Of a stretch of 64,000 bases of DNA, positions 20,020 through 29,846 are shown piece after piece; position 1 is the first letter of the stretch, and each line of letters starts with the position of its first letter. The DNA is taken from the NCBI GenBank assembly GCA_965218435.1, contig CBDCKW010000009.1, forward strand, positions 448,001 through 512,000. The letters are read 5' to 3'. The notes under the pieces are model-generated. The model was not told where the DNA came from. It saw only the letters and a list, made by a program, of their open reading frames with translations, and did not search any database. This DNA comes from Truepera sp. GTDB lineage: Bacteria > Deinococcota > Deinococci > Deinococcales > Trueperaceae. The position numbers were made by a program, and so were the translations under genes.

Positions 20020-22602
20020 TTATTCGGTTGGTGGGTTCAGGTAACTCGTCAGCATCAGCCCGTAGTCGCCGGTGGTGGCGTTTTCCGGGTTGAGGGAGTC
20101 CCAGGCGATAACGACGACGTAGTAGGTTCCGCCGGAGTTGCTGGTGTAGGTGGCGCGCGATTCGCGGCCGGTGTAGTCGTCGTTAAAGGCGACCTGCTGG
20201 CCGTCTTCGTTATAGATGCCTAAGAGCGTATCGGGCTTACCGCTCTTTTCGGTCTCAACGTCGGCGACGAGTGTTTGACCGGCCGCTACGTCAACCTTAA
20301 AGATGTCGGCGTCGTTTTCGCCTATGGCGGCGTTGAGGGCACTACCGAGCGGGACGCTCTGCGCACCGTCAAAGTTGACGTTTTGAATCGTGGTGCTGAC
20401 GGTTTCGGCGCTGCCGTTGGGCTCTTCTTCGTCACCGATAAAGGGCGCGATGTCGAGGTCGTAGAGGTTAAAGGGGCTGTTGGTCCCCGGCGCGCCACTT
20501 ACTTCAGAAACTTCGACGTAGACCACGCCGTCGTCCGGGGCCGTAAAGTTCACGAGCGGGTCGCTGCTAAAGGTTTGATTGTCGTCGTTTTCAGCCAGCA
20601 CCGAACCGTCTTCGGCGTAGACCGTTAGGGCTGCGTCAAAGTTGCCGAGGGCGGTCTCGAAGTTGACGCGGTAGGACTCACCGCCGGTTACGGGCAGCGC
20701 GTAGACGTCTACGTCGGTGTCGGCGTTCTCGTCGTAAAGGCTGGCGCGCAGCGTAAGGCTGTCTGCGCTAAGTTCCGCCGCGTTGCCGATCTTGCCGTTG
20801 GGCTCGAACGGATCGTCAAACGTATTGACGTCGAGGGCAACCTGCACGTTGGTCTTGTCGCCTGGAGAGATCGTCACGTCCGTTTCGGCGGTCGCGGCGG
20901 CAATACCGGTCGTGGCGGTGTGCGGTCCGCTGACCTGGAGCGTATAGTTGCCCGCTTCCATCTGCTGAAACAACCCGAGACCCAAGGGGATGAAGAGTGA
21001 GCCGTCGGAAGTTTGGGTGTACTCGACGGCGTTGTCACCTTTTTTAGGGATTAGGGTCAGGCCGACGGTGGGAATTTGCACCTTGGGGTTACTTTTGAGT
21101 ACGGCGCTGACCAAAACTGAACCGCCGTCTTTAACCGGGTTGGAGGCCACTTCTAGGGCACGTTTGACCGCTGCCGCCGAATCGACAATTCCCGCGCCTA
21201 AGGCGCTGCGGTCGTAGCCGCTGGGCTTAAAGGCAGTGTCGCGGAGGATGCTGGTGACTTGCGCGGCGCTTAAGACGCCTGTGATGTTGCCGCTCGCGTC
21301 GCGTTTGGCGCTGGCCTCGAGGACCAGCGCGGCAACCCCGGCGGTCGCGGGGCTCGAGAACGAGGTACCGCTGATATAGGTGTAGGCGTTTTCCGGCGCG
21401 TTAGGACCGCAAGAGCTGCCGTCGGGCGTGTTAAAAATGCAGCTGCGCGTCGTCGGTACCCAGATATTTTCACCGGGCGCGGCCACGTCAATATGCAGGC
21501 CACGGTTCGAAAAGCTGGTGCGTTCATCTTGCGGAGTCGTCGCCGCCACGTTGATCAGGCCGGGGGTCCACGCCGGGAACGACGGGCCTTCGGTCGGGGT
21601 ATTGCCCGCCGAAGTCACCAGTACGATACCCGAACTGAGCATCAGGTCCATCGTGTCTTTGATGGCCTGGCTGTAAAAGTCACCGCCCCAAGACATATTG
21701 AGCACGTGGACATAAGCGCCGGTCTCGGGGTCGGTACCGGGGGCACGGTCGTCGCCACCGGGTTTGAGATCGGGTCCGAGCACGGCGAAGATCGCCGAGT
21801 TGATAATCGCCGAATCGACGAGTCCGCCGTCTTCGGGTTCGCTGATCGCGAGCGGCACGATCGAAGCGCCGTAGGCCGTTCCGAGGCCGCCGAGTTCGTT
21901 GCTGACCGCGGCGGCAGTTCCGGCGACCGAGGTCCCGTGGTCGCCGATACCGTCGTGCGGCGTTTCGGGGGTGATCTGCGCGTCTGTAAAAGCTGCAGCG
22001 AATGATTCGCCACCGGCGAGCAGTTCATTCGCCTTAAAGCCGTCGAAACCCGGGTAAAACATGTTGTCTACCAGGTCGGGGTGGCGGTGGTCGATAAAGT
22101 CGTCGTGAATCCCGATGCGGATACCGTCGCCGGTAATCCCTTGGTCCCACGCCCCCAGCGAGTTCAGCTGGCGGTGCATCCACTGCACGTCAAAGTCCGG
22201 GTCGGGAACGCTGACCTGGTTGGGTCTCAGCGACGTTGTATTGACGCCCTTTGCGCCAGCGGGGTCCGCGAGCTTATGAACGTAGTTGGGTTCGGCGTAG
22301 CGGAGCCCCCGGAGGTGCTGTGCGCTGGCCTGCGCCTTGGCGACCGGCAGACCTTTGGGCAGCGTTACGAGCGCCGCGTCGATCTGCGTCCAGTCGGTTT
22401 TGAGGGTACCGCCGAGCTTGCGGGCGAGTTCAGCAGCGTCGGTTCCGTCACGGTAGCCGATCACAAGTTCGCCTTCGATAAAGCCGCGGCTGTCGATCTT
22501 GTAGTTGTAGTCGGGGGCGCTGGCCTGCGGTACCCGAACGTCGGTCTGGCAGGCGGCCAGCGTCAAAAGCAGTAGTGCGCCGGTAAAGTAACGTTTCATC
22601 AC
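20020..22602 (-). CDS. S8 (subtilisin-like) serine protease lipoprotein with C-terminal PPC-like domains
   Basis: Lipobox LAAC; catalytic D (IGIHDD), H (DHGTSVAG), oxyanion N (SAGN), S (SGTSFSSP); two PPC-like repeats (EPN...D.D.Y...LAENDD / AFNDD). Confidence 0.92.
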   Translation of the reverse strand: MMKRYFTGALLLLTLAACQTDVRVPQASAPDYNYKIDSRGFIEGELVIGYRDGTDAAELARKLGGTLKTDWTQIDAALVTLPKGLPVAKAQASAQHLRGLRYAEPNYVHKLADPAGAKGVNTTSLRPNQVSVPDPDFDVQWMHRQLNSLGAWDQGITGDGIRIGIHDDFIDHRHPDLVDNMFYPGFDGFKANELLAGGESFAAAFTDAQITPETPHDGIGDHGTSVAGTAAAVSNELGGLGTAYGASIVPLAISEPEDGGLVDSAIINSAIFAVLGPDLKPGGDDRAPGTDPETGAYVHVLNMSWGGDFYSQAIKDTMDLMLSSGIVLVTSAGNTPTEGPSFPAWTPGLINVAATTPQDERTSFSNRGLHIDVAAPGENIWVPTTRSCIFNTPDGSSCGPNAPENAYTYISGTSFSSPATAGVAALVLEASAKRDASGNITGVLSAAQVTSILRDTAFKPSGYDRSALGAGIVDSAAAVKRALEVASNPVKDGGSVLVSAVLKSNPKVQIPTVGLTLIPKKGDNAVEYTQTSDGSLFIPLGLGLFQQMEAGNYTLQVSGPHTATTGIAAATAETDVTISPGDKTNVQVALDVNTFDDPFEPNGKIGNAAELSADSLTLRASLYDENADTDVDVYALPVTGGESYRVNFETALGNFDAALTVYAEDGSVLAENDDNQTFSSDPLVNFTAPDDGVVYVEVSEVSGAPGTNSPFNLYDLDIAPFIGDEEEPNGSAETVSTTIQNVNFDGAQSVPLGSALNAAIGENDADIFKVDVAAGQTLVADVETEKSGKPDTLLGIYNEDGQQVAFNDDYTGRESRATYTSNSGGTYYVVVIAWDSLNPENATTGDYGLMLTSYLNPPTE

Positions 22603-22607
22603 GACTC

Positions 22608-24257
22608 CTAAAAGCTGCCGTCGCCGGTTGAAAAGGTGTTGACGGGACCGTCGGAAACGCCGAAGCCCACCCCAAAAACGTCGAAGAAGTCCGCCCCGAC
22701 CGAGATGGCGTTCTCGCCCTCGACCTCGCCTTTACTATTGACCTTGCCATTACTCGTAATAGCGATAGGCTGCCAGTCATAGCCGTGGAAGGGTTGGAGC
22801 TTCTCGTTGACCGCCGTTCCGTCCAGGTTATGCGGGAGGCTCAGTTCAGTTGCGTCGCCGAGGTCGCCGCCGAGAAAAAGCCACTCGATAGGGCTGCCCT
22901 CGGCGTGTACCCGGTCGAGGACGGCTGCACCGATGTAGAGCAAGTTCTGGCGGTTGTCTACGGCAATGTCGTAAGTCGGAGAAACTGATACATTAACGGC
23001 GTCGTTGCCGGGGCTGAGCGCGTCAACCCCTAAGATCGGCAGCGGCGTAACGAAGGCATCTTTTGAGATGCTTACTGAGTCGCCGTAAAACGCTTCGACG
23101 CGGTACTTGGTCTTGACGCCGGCCTCGAGGCCGGCGCTGGCGTCGCGGTAGGCGTAGAGCGTGTTGTCTTTGTTTTTCGGGTCGAGAGACGCCTGCGCGG
23201 GGCTGATCTGCGCAATGGGTAAGAGAGTTCCGGCAGGCCGCCCGATCAGTTTGCGGTAGATGCGGAACCCGGTTGGGAGGATGTCGCCGTCGTACTCAAA
23301 GGTGAGGTCGGTCCAGATCAGACCTTCATCTAAGTAGCCCTGAGTTTTTACGCCCGTTTGGGCCGGGGCAAAGTCTTTAAGCGCGTTTAGATTACCTGCA
23401 CGCACGGCTTTCATCAGCTTACTACCGCTAAAACCGACGTTCGCACCTACCTGACTACCCGTACTGAGCGAACCAAAGACAGCAGTATCGCCGAACGTTA
23501 CGGCGAACGCGCCTAAGTTGGTAACGTCGCCGAGCTCGGCTTCGTCTGCCGGAGCGCCGACTTGGACGTAACGGACGACTTCGGTACGGTTGAAATTGCC
23601 GTCGTAGGCGACGATATGAACGCTCGTATCGCCTTCAAACCCGGCAGTTGAGACCGTAACCTCGGTCTCGCTACCGTCAAAACCGAAGGACGTGCCCGGT
23701 ACCGAGGCGTTAAGAAACCCCGAGGTGCCGCGCGACTGACCGAGGCCGACCGTGCCCAAACTGTAAAATTTGTTCGCGTTGGGACTGGCGACGCTGCCGC
23801 TAACCGTAAAGCTTAAGCTGCCGTCGTCGCCACCGGGGACGCTCGAGCCGTTTTCCAGGCTCACATTTAGCTCGGGTGAGACGGTGGGTAAAAAGGGATC
23901 GAACGCTTCGGCTTGGATGGTGCTGTACTTCGTTTCGGCGCGGTCGCCGACCCGCAGTCCCTCGACCGCCGAAGTTGCGTAACCGTCTTGGGTGAACGTC
24001 AGGTCGGCAAACCCCGTAGGGATACCGAAAAGGCGATAAAAGCCGTGTTCATTGGTGGTGGTGCTGACCTCGGTCCCGGCGAGCGTCACTACGGTACCGG
24101 CGACATCGGTTCCGGCCTTGCGGTTGACGACGTACCCCGAAACGCTGCCGGTACCCGGTTTCCAGGTCGTTGCGTCGAGCGGCGGCGCAGCGGTCTGCGA
24201 ACAGGCCGCGAGCAGCGCAAGAGCAGCTAAGGCAAAACTGCGCGGATAAAGCTTCAT
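22608..24257 (-). CDS. Lipoprotein with carboxypeptidase-regulatory-like and beta-sandwich domains
   Basis: Lipobox LAAC; GSVSGYVV...VAGTVVTLAG...TTTNEHGFYRL; 5-bp gap to the S8 gene. Confidence 0.8.
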   Translation of the reverse strand: MKLYPRSFALAALALLAACSQTAAPPLDATTWKPGTGSVSGYVVNRKAGTDVAGTVVTLAGTEVSTTTNEHGFYRLFGIPTGFADLTFTQDGYATSAVEGLRVGDRAETKYSTIQAEAFDPFLPTVSPELNVSLENGSSVPGGDDGSLSFTVSGSVASPNANKFYSLGTVGLGQSRGTSGFLNASVPGTSFGFDGSETEVTVSTAGFEGDTSVHIVAYDGNFNRTEVVRYVQVGAPADEAELGDVTNLGAFAVTFGDTAVFGSLSTGSQVGANVGFSGSKLMKAVRAGNLNALKDFAPAQTGVKTQGYLDEGLIWTDLTFEYDGDILPTGFRIYRKLIGRPAGTLLPIAQISPAQASLDPKNKDNTLYAYRDASAGLEAGVKTKYRVEAFYGDSVSISKDAFVTPLPILGVDALSPGNDAVNVSVSPTYDIAVDNRQNLLYIGAAVLDRVHAEGSPIEWLFLGGDLGDATELSLPHNLDGTAVNEKLQPFHGYDWQPIAITSNGKVNSKGEVEGENAISVGADFFDVFGVGFGVSDGPVNTFSTGDGSF

Positions 24258-24832
24258 AAAACCTCCGAAAAAGAACGCGCTAAACCCTGATTCAGCCAGT
24301 TAAACCTGTACAAGTTAATGGACGCCTCCCTCTATTTCTTCCCTTAGCCAAGCTTTTGTGAAGTGCTCGGTACAAGGCGCGTTACATTTAAGCATACGGA
24401 ACTCCTCACCGAAGAGGAAAAATACGCGTCCCGTCACAACGCCCCGCTGAAAGTCAAGAGTAAGCGTACCTTAAAATGCCCTCATGAAGCTACCCCGGCA
24501 TTGCCCCATGGTCTGCACCAGTACACTTCATGACCCGGTACACCGGCCAAGGGCTTATTCTCGCGTCGCTTTCGGTGTGAGTCCCGGCGAGATGACGCCT
24601 TACTTGGCGCTGTACTTGGTTGGGTACTTGGCCCTCTCGTCGCGGCGACCACAAAGCGCAAACGCTTCAAACGGCGGCCGTCCAAAAGCAGAGAAGCTGC
24701 TCGGCTCTACCAGAACGGTTTCATCCGAAGGTAAGATCGGTTTTCTCGAGCGGTCACCGCGTAACTTCTGTGCAATTTCTGTGTAATTTCTGCGCGTCAC
24801 TGTGTAGCCTTAGAAGTCTTCTAAAGGACTCC

Positions 24833-25381
24833 TTATTTTTGCCCGCTACCCGTATCCCAGGTCGCGGTTTCTAACAGTGTGTCAACGAGGGTCTCGAGTG
24901 CCCACAGGGTTGCCGGACCACTGTTGGCATCATTCGTGACTGTCTTGCGCGTCCCATTTTGTACGACGCTGGTGATCGCCGTGGCGTTGTCCAGAAACGG
25001 CGAAAGATAGCTCTTGTTGAAATTCATAAAATCTATTGCACCGATGTAACGCAAAAGCTGCCGGAATTGCCCGACGCTGATCTGTCCGGTGTGCTGCCCC
25101 ATATGCGGGGCGTTAAAGCTGCCGGTATAGCTGAAGCTGCCGTCGGCGCGGATGGTTACAGTGTACGCGGGGCATGACGTGAGGCAGCGGGTACGCTCGA
25201 GCCTTATCTCGGAAATGTCGGGGACAGCTTGCGGGTTGGCCTTTTCGAGGCCCGGATAGAGTTCGGTGCCGGGAGGAAGCTTGTCCGTTTGCGCCACTGC
25301 CAAGGGAATCAGGCTCGCCAAGCTGCCACAACACGCCAGTAGCCGGAAAATTTTCGGGTAGGTCATGTTCTGACTATGCAA
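24833..25381 (-). CDS. Secreted hypothetical protein (DUF6438-like)
   Basis: Signal peptide; IRLERTRCLTSCPAYTVTIRADG motif. Confidence 0.7.
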   Translation of the reverse strand: MHSQNMTYPKIFRLLACCGSLASLIPLAVAQTDKLPPGTELYPGLEKANPQAVPDISEIRLERTRCLTSCPAYTVTIRADGSFSYTGSFNAPHMGQHTGQISVGQFRQLLRYIGAIDFMNFNKSYLSPFLDNATAITSVVQNGTRKTVTNDANSGPATLWALETLVDTLLETATWDTGSGQK

Positions 25382-25514
25382 GCTATTTGTGAGAGTTGGC
25401 TACGGGCTTAAACGCTATGGGCTTAAACGCTAGGGGTTTAGACGTGGTGTGTCGGTTTTGGAAGCTGAAGGGCTGCTACCGACGCGCAGGTAGCACGTAA
25501 CCTCACGAACAACC

Positions 25515-25928
25515 TCACGCGAACAGTTTAGTGACGAACGCCCATAACGGTGGCCCGAGTACCCACACCCCAACGATAACCGAGAACAGCGCCGCGACGA
25601 GCACGGCTCCGGCTCCGGCGTCTTTGGCATATTTGGCGAGCGGGTGCAGCTCCGGTGAGGCGAGGTCTACGGTGGCCTCGAGCCCGCTGTTTAGCAGCTC
25701 CAACGACAACACGAGGGCGCACATGATCAGAACCGGGACGACGCCCGTTTGCACCACGAAGGTAAGCATCAGGGTAAAAACGCCGACGGTAGTCTCGAGC
25801 CGAAAGTTGCCGCTAACTTGCCACACTGCAACGATGCCTGCGAAGGCGACCCGAAAAGCTGCGCGGAGCCGTTTTACTGAGAGAGCAGCGCCACGATGCG
25901 CGTTTGGTTGGCGCGGAAGGTGGCCCAT
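25515..25928 (-). CDS. dgkA: Diacylglycerol/undecaprenol kinase family
   Basis: LELLNSGLEATVDL, AKYAKDAGAGAV motifs. Confidence 0.88.
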   Translation of the reverse strand: MGHLPRQPNAHRGAALSVKRLRAAFRVAFAGIVAVWQVSGNFRLETTVGVFTLMLTFVVQTGVVPVLIMCALVLSLELLNSGLEATVDLASPELHPLAKYAKDAGAGAVLVAALFSVIVGVWVLGPPLWAFVTKLFA

Positions 25929-26305
25929 TCGTCCTCCGTAGGATGGTCGTAACCGAGCAGATGGGTCAGCCCGTGCGCGGCGAGGGTGGCGACTTCGGTC
26001 TCGAGCGTGTGCCCGGCGGCGTCCGCTTGGCGCTGCGCGGTGTCTAAGCTGATCACCACGTCGCCTAAGTGCGGCACGTCGGGAAACCCCTCGTCGCCGA
26101 GTTCAAACAGGGGAAACGACAGCACATCGGTCGGGCTGTCTACACCCAAATGCTCACGGTTAAGTTCGTGAATCTCTTCGTCGTCAACGAGCACAACCGT
26201 GAGCTGTTTATCCTCGACGCCGAGTTCGGTGCTCAGCGTCCTTAAGGCGCTTTTGAGGGCGTTACGGGAGGGGTAACGCTGGGCTTCGCCGAGAATCTCG
26301 ATCAT
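25874..26305 (-). CDS. ybeY: rRNA maturation RNase YbeY
   Basis: PTDVLSF, LGDVVIS, HGLTHLLGYDH motifs. Confidence 0.95.
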   Translation of the reverse strand: MIEILGEAQRYPSRNALKSALRTLSTELGVEDKQLTVVLVDDEEIHELNREHLGVDSPTDVLSFPLFELGDEGFPDVPHLGDVVISLDTAQRQADAAGHTLETEVATLAAHGLTHLLGYDHPTEDEWATFRANQTRIVALLSQ

Positions 26306-28283
26306 GTTTCAACCTCTGTATCTCCTCGGATGAGGGGTAAGCCACGCGGCGGTGAAGCACTGCCGTCAGCATCCGTTCGAAGGTGTTGGCGATTACCTCT
26401 AAGTCGTGAAAGTTCAGCGGGCTGTCGGCGAGTTGGTCGTCTTGCAGCCGCGCTTCAAACAGCCGGTCGATCATCGCCCGGATGCTCCCTTGCGTCGGGT
26501 CGGCGAGTGTTCTTGACGCCGACTCGACCGCGTCGGCGAGCATCAGCACGGCAGTTTCTTTCGTTCGGGGCCGAGGACCGGCGTAGCGAAAACTCAGTTC
26601 TTTCACGCTCTCGGAGCCCTCGAGCGCCCGTTTGTAAAAGTAGGCCAACACGGTGGTGCCGTGATGCTCTTGGACAAACGGCTCTAACGCGGCGGGCAAG
26701 CCGTACTCACGTAAAAGTTCCGCGCCGTCGCGGACGTGACTGGTAATAATTAAATACGACAGGTGCGGCGACACACGGTCGTGCGGGTTTTCCCCGGCAA
26801 ACTGATTCTCAGTGAAAAACTGCGGGCGTTTGAGTTTGCCGACGTCGTGGTAGAGCGCGCCGACGCGGGCCAACAGCGCGTCGCCGCCGATGTTGCTAAC
26901 CGCTTGGTCGACTAAGTTTGAGATAATCAGGCTGTGCTGATACGTGCCGGGCGCTTCTAATAGCAGCTTTTGTAACAGCGGATTCGACGGGCTCATCAGC
27001 TCTAACAGGCGAAACTCGGTTAAAAACCCGAAGTTGCTCTCGGCTAAAGGCAACGCCGCCAGTGCCAATATCCCACTCACGAGGCCGCCGCCTAAAATCC
27101 AGCTGCCTCCAGCCAGGGTCCCCATCGTTTCAAAACTCAGGGTTTCAAAGCCGCCGCTGAGCGCAGTAAATACGCCGAAACTCACGAGTCCCGTCACGCC
27201 GCCCAAAAGTCCAGCGACTAAGAGCGACGCCCGTGCGCCGAAACTTCTTGCCAGTAAGAGCGAGATAAGGCTCCCGCTCAGCACGACGAGCAGCGTAATA
27301 AGACCCGTCGCCGGGGTTAAAAAGGCGGTGATCACGGCCAGCCACACTGCCAGCACAAACGCCAGCCGTTCGCCGAAAAGCACGGCACCTAACAGCGGCA
27401 AAAAGGCGACGAAAAGCAGATGGCTGTCGGCGAGCAGCGCCAAACGCTGCGCGACGAGAGCCAGCGCCCACAACACGACCAAAAACGACATCTGCCCGAC
27501 GGTCGTACTCCGGCGGAGCGCGTAGTAAAAGTACAGCAGCGGCGCACTTAACAGGAGCGCCAACACCGTGCAGACGAGCCACAAGCGGACGCCCCGCCCT
27601 ATTCGCTCACTTGTTGAGTTATAGAGCCCGGTGTCCTCGAGCACGTTCAGACTGTTTTGTGTTAAGGGCTTGCCCTGCGCGACGATGACCTCACCGGCTG
27701 CGAGCGAGCGTAGCACCGGGATAACGCTCTCAGCTGCCGCCTCCCGCGCTGCTTCGGTCAGCCGGACGTTGGGTTCGGCGCTGGCGAGGAGGGTTTGCGT
27801 CAGCGTACGAGAGACACGGGGACGCTGCCCCTCGGGGGCGAGCGCAGCGGCCTCTTGCAGCAAAGTTTCTAAAGAGGGTGCCGTGACCCCCTCGGGGCGG
27901 TTATACGCCGTTTGCAAAAACCGTTTGACGCTCTGCGGGAGCCTGCTGCTGGCGACCTCCTCGAGCACCAAGTCTCGCAGCTCGGGTACTGAACTGTAGA
28001 TCGTTCCGACCTGACTCCGGGCTGCCTGCCGTTCCCGCGCCGTCGCTACTTCGTCTACCGCTGAAATCTGCTGCGGGGCTAAAAACGTCCGGGGGCTCAG
28101 CTGTCCGGCCCGGAGCGCCTCCGCCGGATAGAGCCCGTAAACACTGTAAAAAAGACAGGTCAGGGTTACGCAAAAAAGTGCGGCGGTTAAACCGAAACGC
28201 CGTTTTGACAGCTCGCGCCGCCGCCGGGGACCGAAGCGCAGCTCGAGCTTAGCGTTAGGTCTAAGGTCCCTGGAAGGTGTCAT
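26262..28283 (-). CDS. pgpH: 7TM-HD phosphohydrolase (PgpH-type c-di-AMP phosphodiesterase)
   Basis: Extracellular domain, about 7 TM, APGTYQHS, YHDVGK, HHGT, MLADAVESA; start set at ATG 28283. Confidence 0.88.
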   Translation of the reverse strand: MTPSRDLRPNAKLELRFGPRRRRELSKRRFGLTAALFCVTLTCLFYSVYGLYPAEALRAGQLSPRTFLAPQQISAVDEVATARERQAARSQVGTIYSSVPELRDLVLEEVASSRLPQSVKRFLQTAYNRPEGVTAPSLETLLQEAAALAPEGQRPRVSRTLTQTLLASAEPNVRLTEAAREAAAESVIPVLRSLAAGEVIVAQGKPLTQNSLNVLEDTGLYNSTSERIGRGVRLWLVCTVLALLLSAPLLYFYYALRRSTTVGQMSFLVVLWALALVAQRLALLADSHLLFVAFLPLLGAVLFGERLAFVLAVWLAVITAFLTPATGLITLLVVLSGSLISLLLARSFGARASLLVAGLLGGVTGLVSFGVFTALSGGFETLSFETMGTLAGGSWILGGGLVSGILALAALPLAESNFGFLTEFRLLELMSPSNPLLQKLLLEAPGTYQHSLIISNLVDQAVSNIGGDALLARVGALYHDVGKLKRPQFFTENQFAGENPHDRVSPHLSYLIITSHVRDGAELLREYGLPAALEPFVQEHHGTTVLAYFYKRALEGSESVKELSFRYAGPRPRTKETAVLMLADAVESASRTLADPTQGSIRAMIDRLFEARLQDDQLADSPLNFHDLEVIANTFERMLTAVLHRRVAYPSSEEIQRLKHDRDSRRSPALPLP

Positions 28284-29205
28284 ACGCTTTGACGATCCGC
28301 GCGACGAGTGGATGCCGCACCACGTCGCTTTCGTTAAAGTAGATAAAGTCAATACCTTCGATGTCTTTTAAGATGCGCTCACCGACCTTGAGGCCACTGG
28401 TGATATTTTGCGGCAGATCGGTCTGCGTAATGTCGCCGGTCACAACCACTCGGCTGTTAAAGCCCATCCGTGTTAAAAACATCTTCATCTGTTCGGGCGT
28501 GGTGTTTTGCGCCTCGTCCAAAATGATAAACGCGTCGTTGAGGGTGCGGCCCCGCATAAATGCCAGAGGCGCAACCTCGATGGTGCCGTTTTGAAAGAGT
28601 AGCTCGCCCTTGTCACCGTCTAACATGTCGTAGAGCGCGTCGTACAGGGGGCGCAAGTAAGGGTCAATTTTGGCCTGTAAATCGCCGGGTAAAAAGCCGA
28701 GCCTTTCCCCGGCTTCGACGGCGGGACGCGTCAAGACGATGCGTTTGACCCGTTTGTCTTTCAGTGCCTGCACCGCCATGGCGACCGCCAGATAGGTTTT
28801 GCCCGTTCCGGCCGGGCCTATTCCAAAGGTGATCTCACTATGTTCGATGGCTGAGACGTAGCGGCGTTGCCCCGCTGTTTTCGGGCGGGCGCGGCGTGGG
28901 AGACGTTCGGCTGCGCCTTGCGTGGACGGTTCGCTCGGAGCCGGGTTGCTCAGGGCTTCAGGGCTCAGATGGGTGAGTTCGGTTAAACTGAGCGTTTCGC
29001 CCCGCCGGATGCTACCCAAGAGTGAGGTAAAGGTGCGCTCCGCCTCGGCGACCGCGTGGTCATCGCCGGACAAGCGGAGTTCGTCCCCCCGGGCGACGAC
29101 TTTGGCGCTCAGTTTGTGCCGTAACATTTTGAGATTTTCATCGTTTTGCCCGAAGAGCAACATAGCTTCGGCGGGCGAGCGTAACTTCAGGGTCGACGTC
29201 GCGAT
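28261..29205 (-). CDS. phoH: PhoH-family ATPase (likely start ATC at 29205; ORF track uses ATG 29163)
   Basis: GPAGTGKT, RPAVEAGERLGFLPG, APLAFMRGRTL, DEAQN, VRHPLV motifs. Confidence 0.95.
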   Translation of the reverse strand: MATSTLKLRSPAEAMLLFGQNDENLKMLRHKLSAKVVARGDELRLSGDDHAVAEAERTFTSLLGSIRRGETLSLTELTHLSPEALSNPAPSEPSTQGAAERLPRRARPKTAGQRRYVSAIEHSEITFGIGPAGTGKTYLAVAMAVQALKDKRVKRIVLTRPAVEAGERLGFLPGDLQAKIDPYLRPLYDALYDMLDGDKGELLFQNGTIEVAPLAFMRGRTLNDAFIILDEAQNTTPEQMKMFLTRMGFNSRVVVTGDITQTDLPQNITSGLKVGERILKDIEGIDFIYFNESDVVRHPLVARIVKAYDTFQGP

Positions 29206-29843
29206 AGACGGGTCCTCCTAGTTTGAGAAAGCGGCGGCGAGAGAATCTGGTGCCAGACAAAGCCGGTCATCAGTGTAGGCTTGTCAAACCGCATTTTGTA
29301 CGAGCTAAGTGTAGCGCCTTTTGCACCCTCGACACGTTGTACGCGTAGGGGTGGTGCAGGATTTTGGGCTGAAGCCGCTCGGCGCACCGGGTTACGCACT
29401 TCGCGTGCCGGTATAGTCTCTAAACTGATGGGTTTGGGGCGATAATCCTCGAGGCTCGCAGTTGCCGGATTTGCAGGTGCCGGACGCTGCTGATTTGAAC
29501 CCTGGGGGCGGGGTGTAGGGCTCGAGACGAGGGGCCGAGTTGCTTGGGGTCTCTTGCCGGGTTGAGGCCCGGTCCTGCCTCTACCACGCCCAGTTTCATT
29601 TTGCTGCGCTTCGCGGACGCGGCGCTGCGCCTCCTCGAGCCAACGTGGGACATCGGGGTTGGCGCTGGTTTCTCCCGGTCTAGTGCTGGTGTCGGCGCGG
29701 TTTGGACCTTGTGGTCCCTGCTGGGGTCCTCGTGGCTTCCCGATTGTAGGGGGTTGTTGCCCCCGCAGCCGCTGCACGATGCTGCCGAGCGCGGGCAGCA
29801 CAAAAAACAAGATGATTAAGATCAGCTCAAAGGGAAAATTCAA
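29187..29843 (-). CDS. Hypothetical membrane-anchored Pro/Gln/Arg-rich protein (yqfB-like position)
   Basis: N-terminal TM, disordered body, C-terminal GFVWHQILSPP; lies between floA and phoH. Confidence 0.7.
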   Translation of the reverse strand: MNFPFELILIILFFVLPALGSIVQRLRGQQPPTIGKPRGPQQGPQGPNRADTSTRPGETSANPDVPRWLEEAQRRVREAQQNETGRGRGRTGPQPGKRPQATRPLVSSPTPRPQGSNQQRPAPANPATASLEDYRPKPISLETIPAREVRNPVRRAASAQNPAPPLRVQRVEGAKGATLSSYKMRFDKPTLMTGFVWHQILSPPLSQTRRTRLSRRRP

Positions 29844-29846
29844 CCT

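Noticed and set aside
24482..24874. Several short overlapping ORFs on both strands
   Set aside because: No motifs, mutually overlapping, partly micro-repeat derived.
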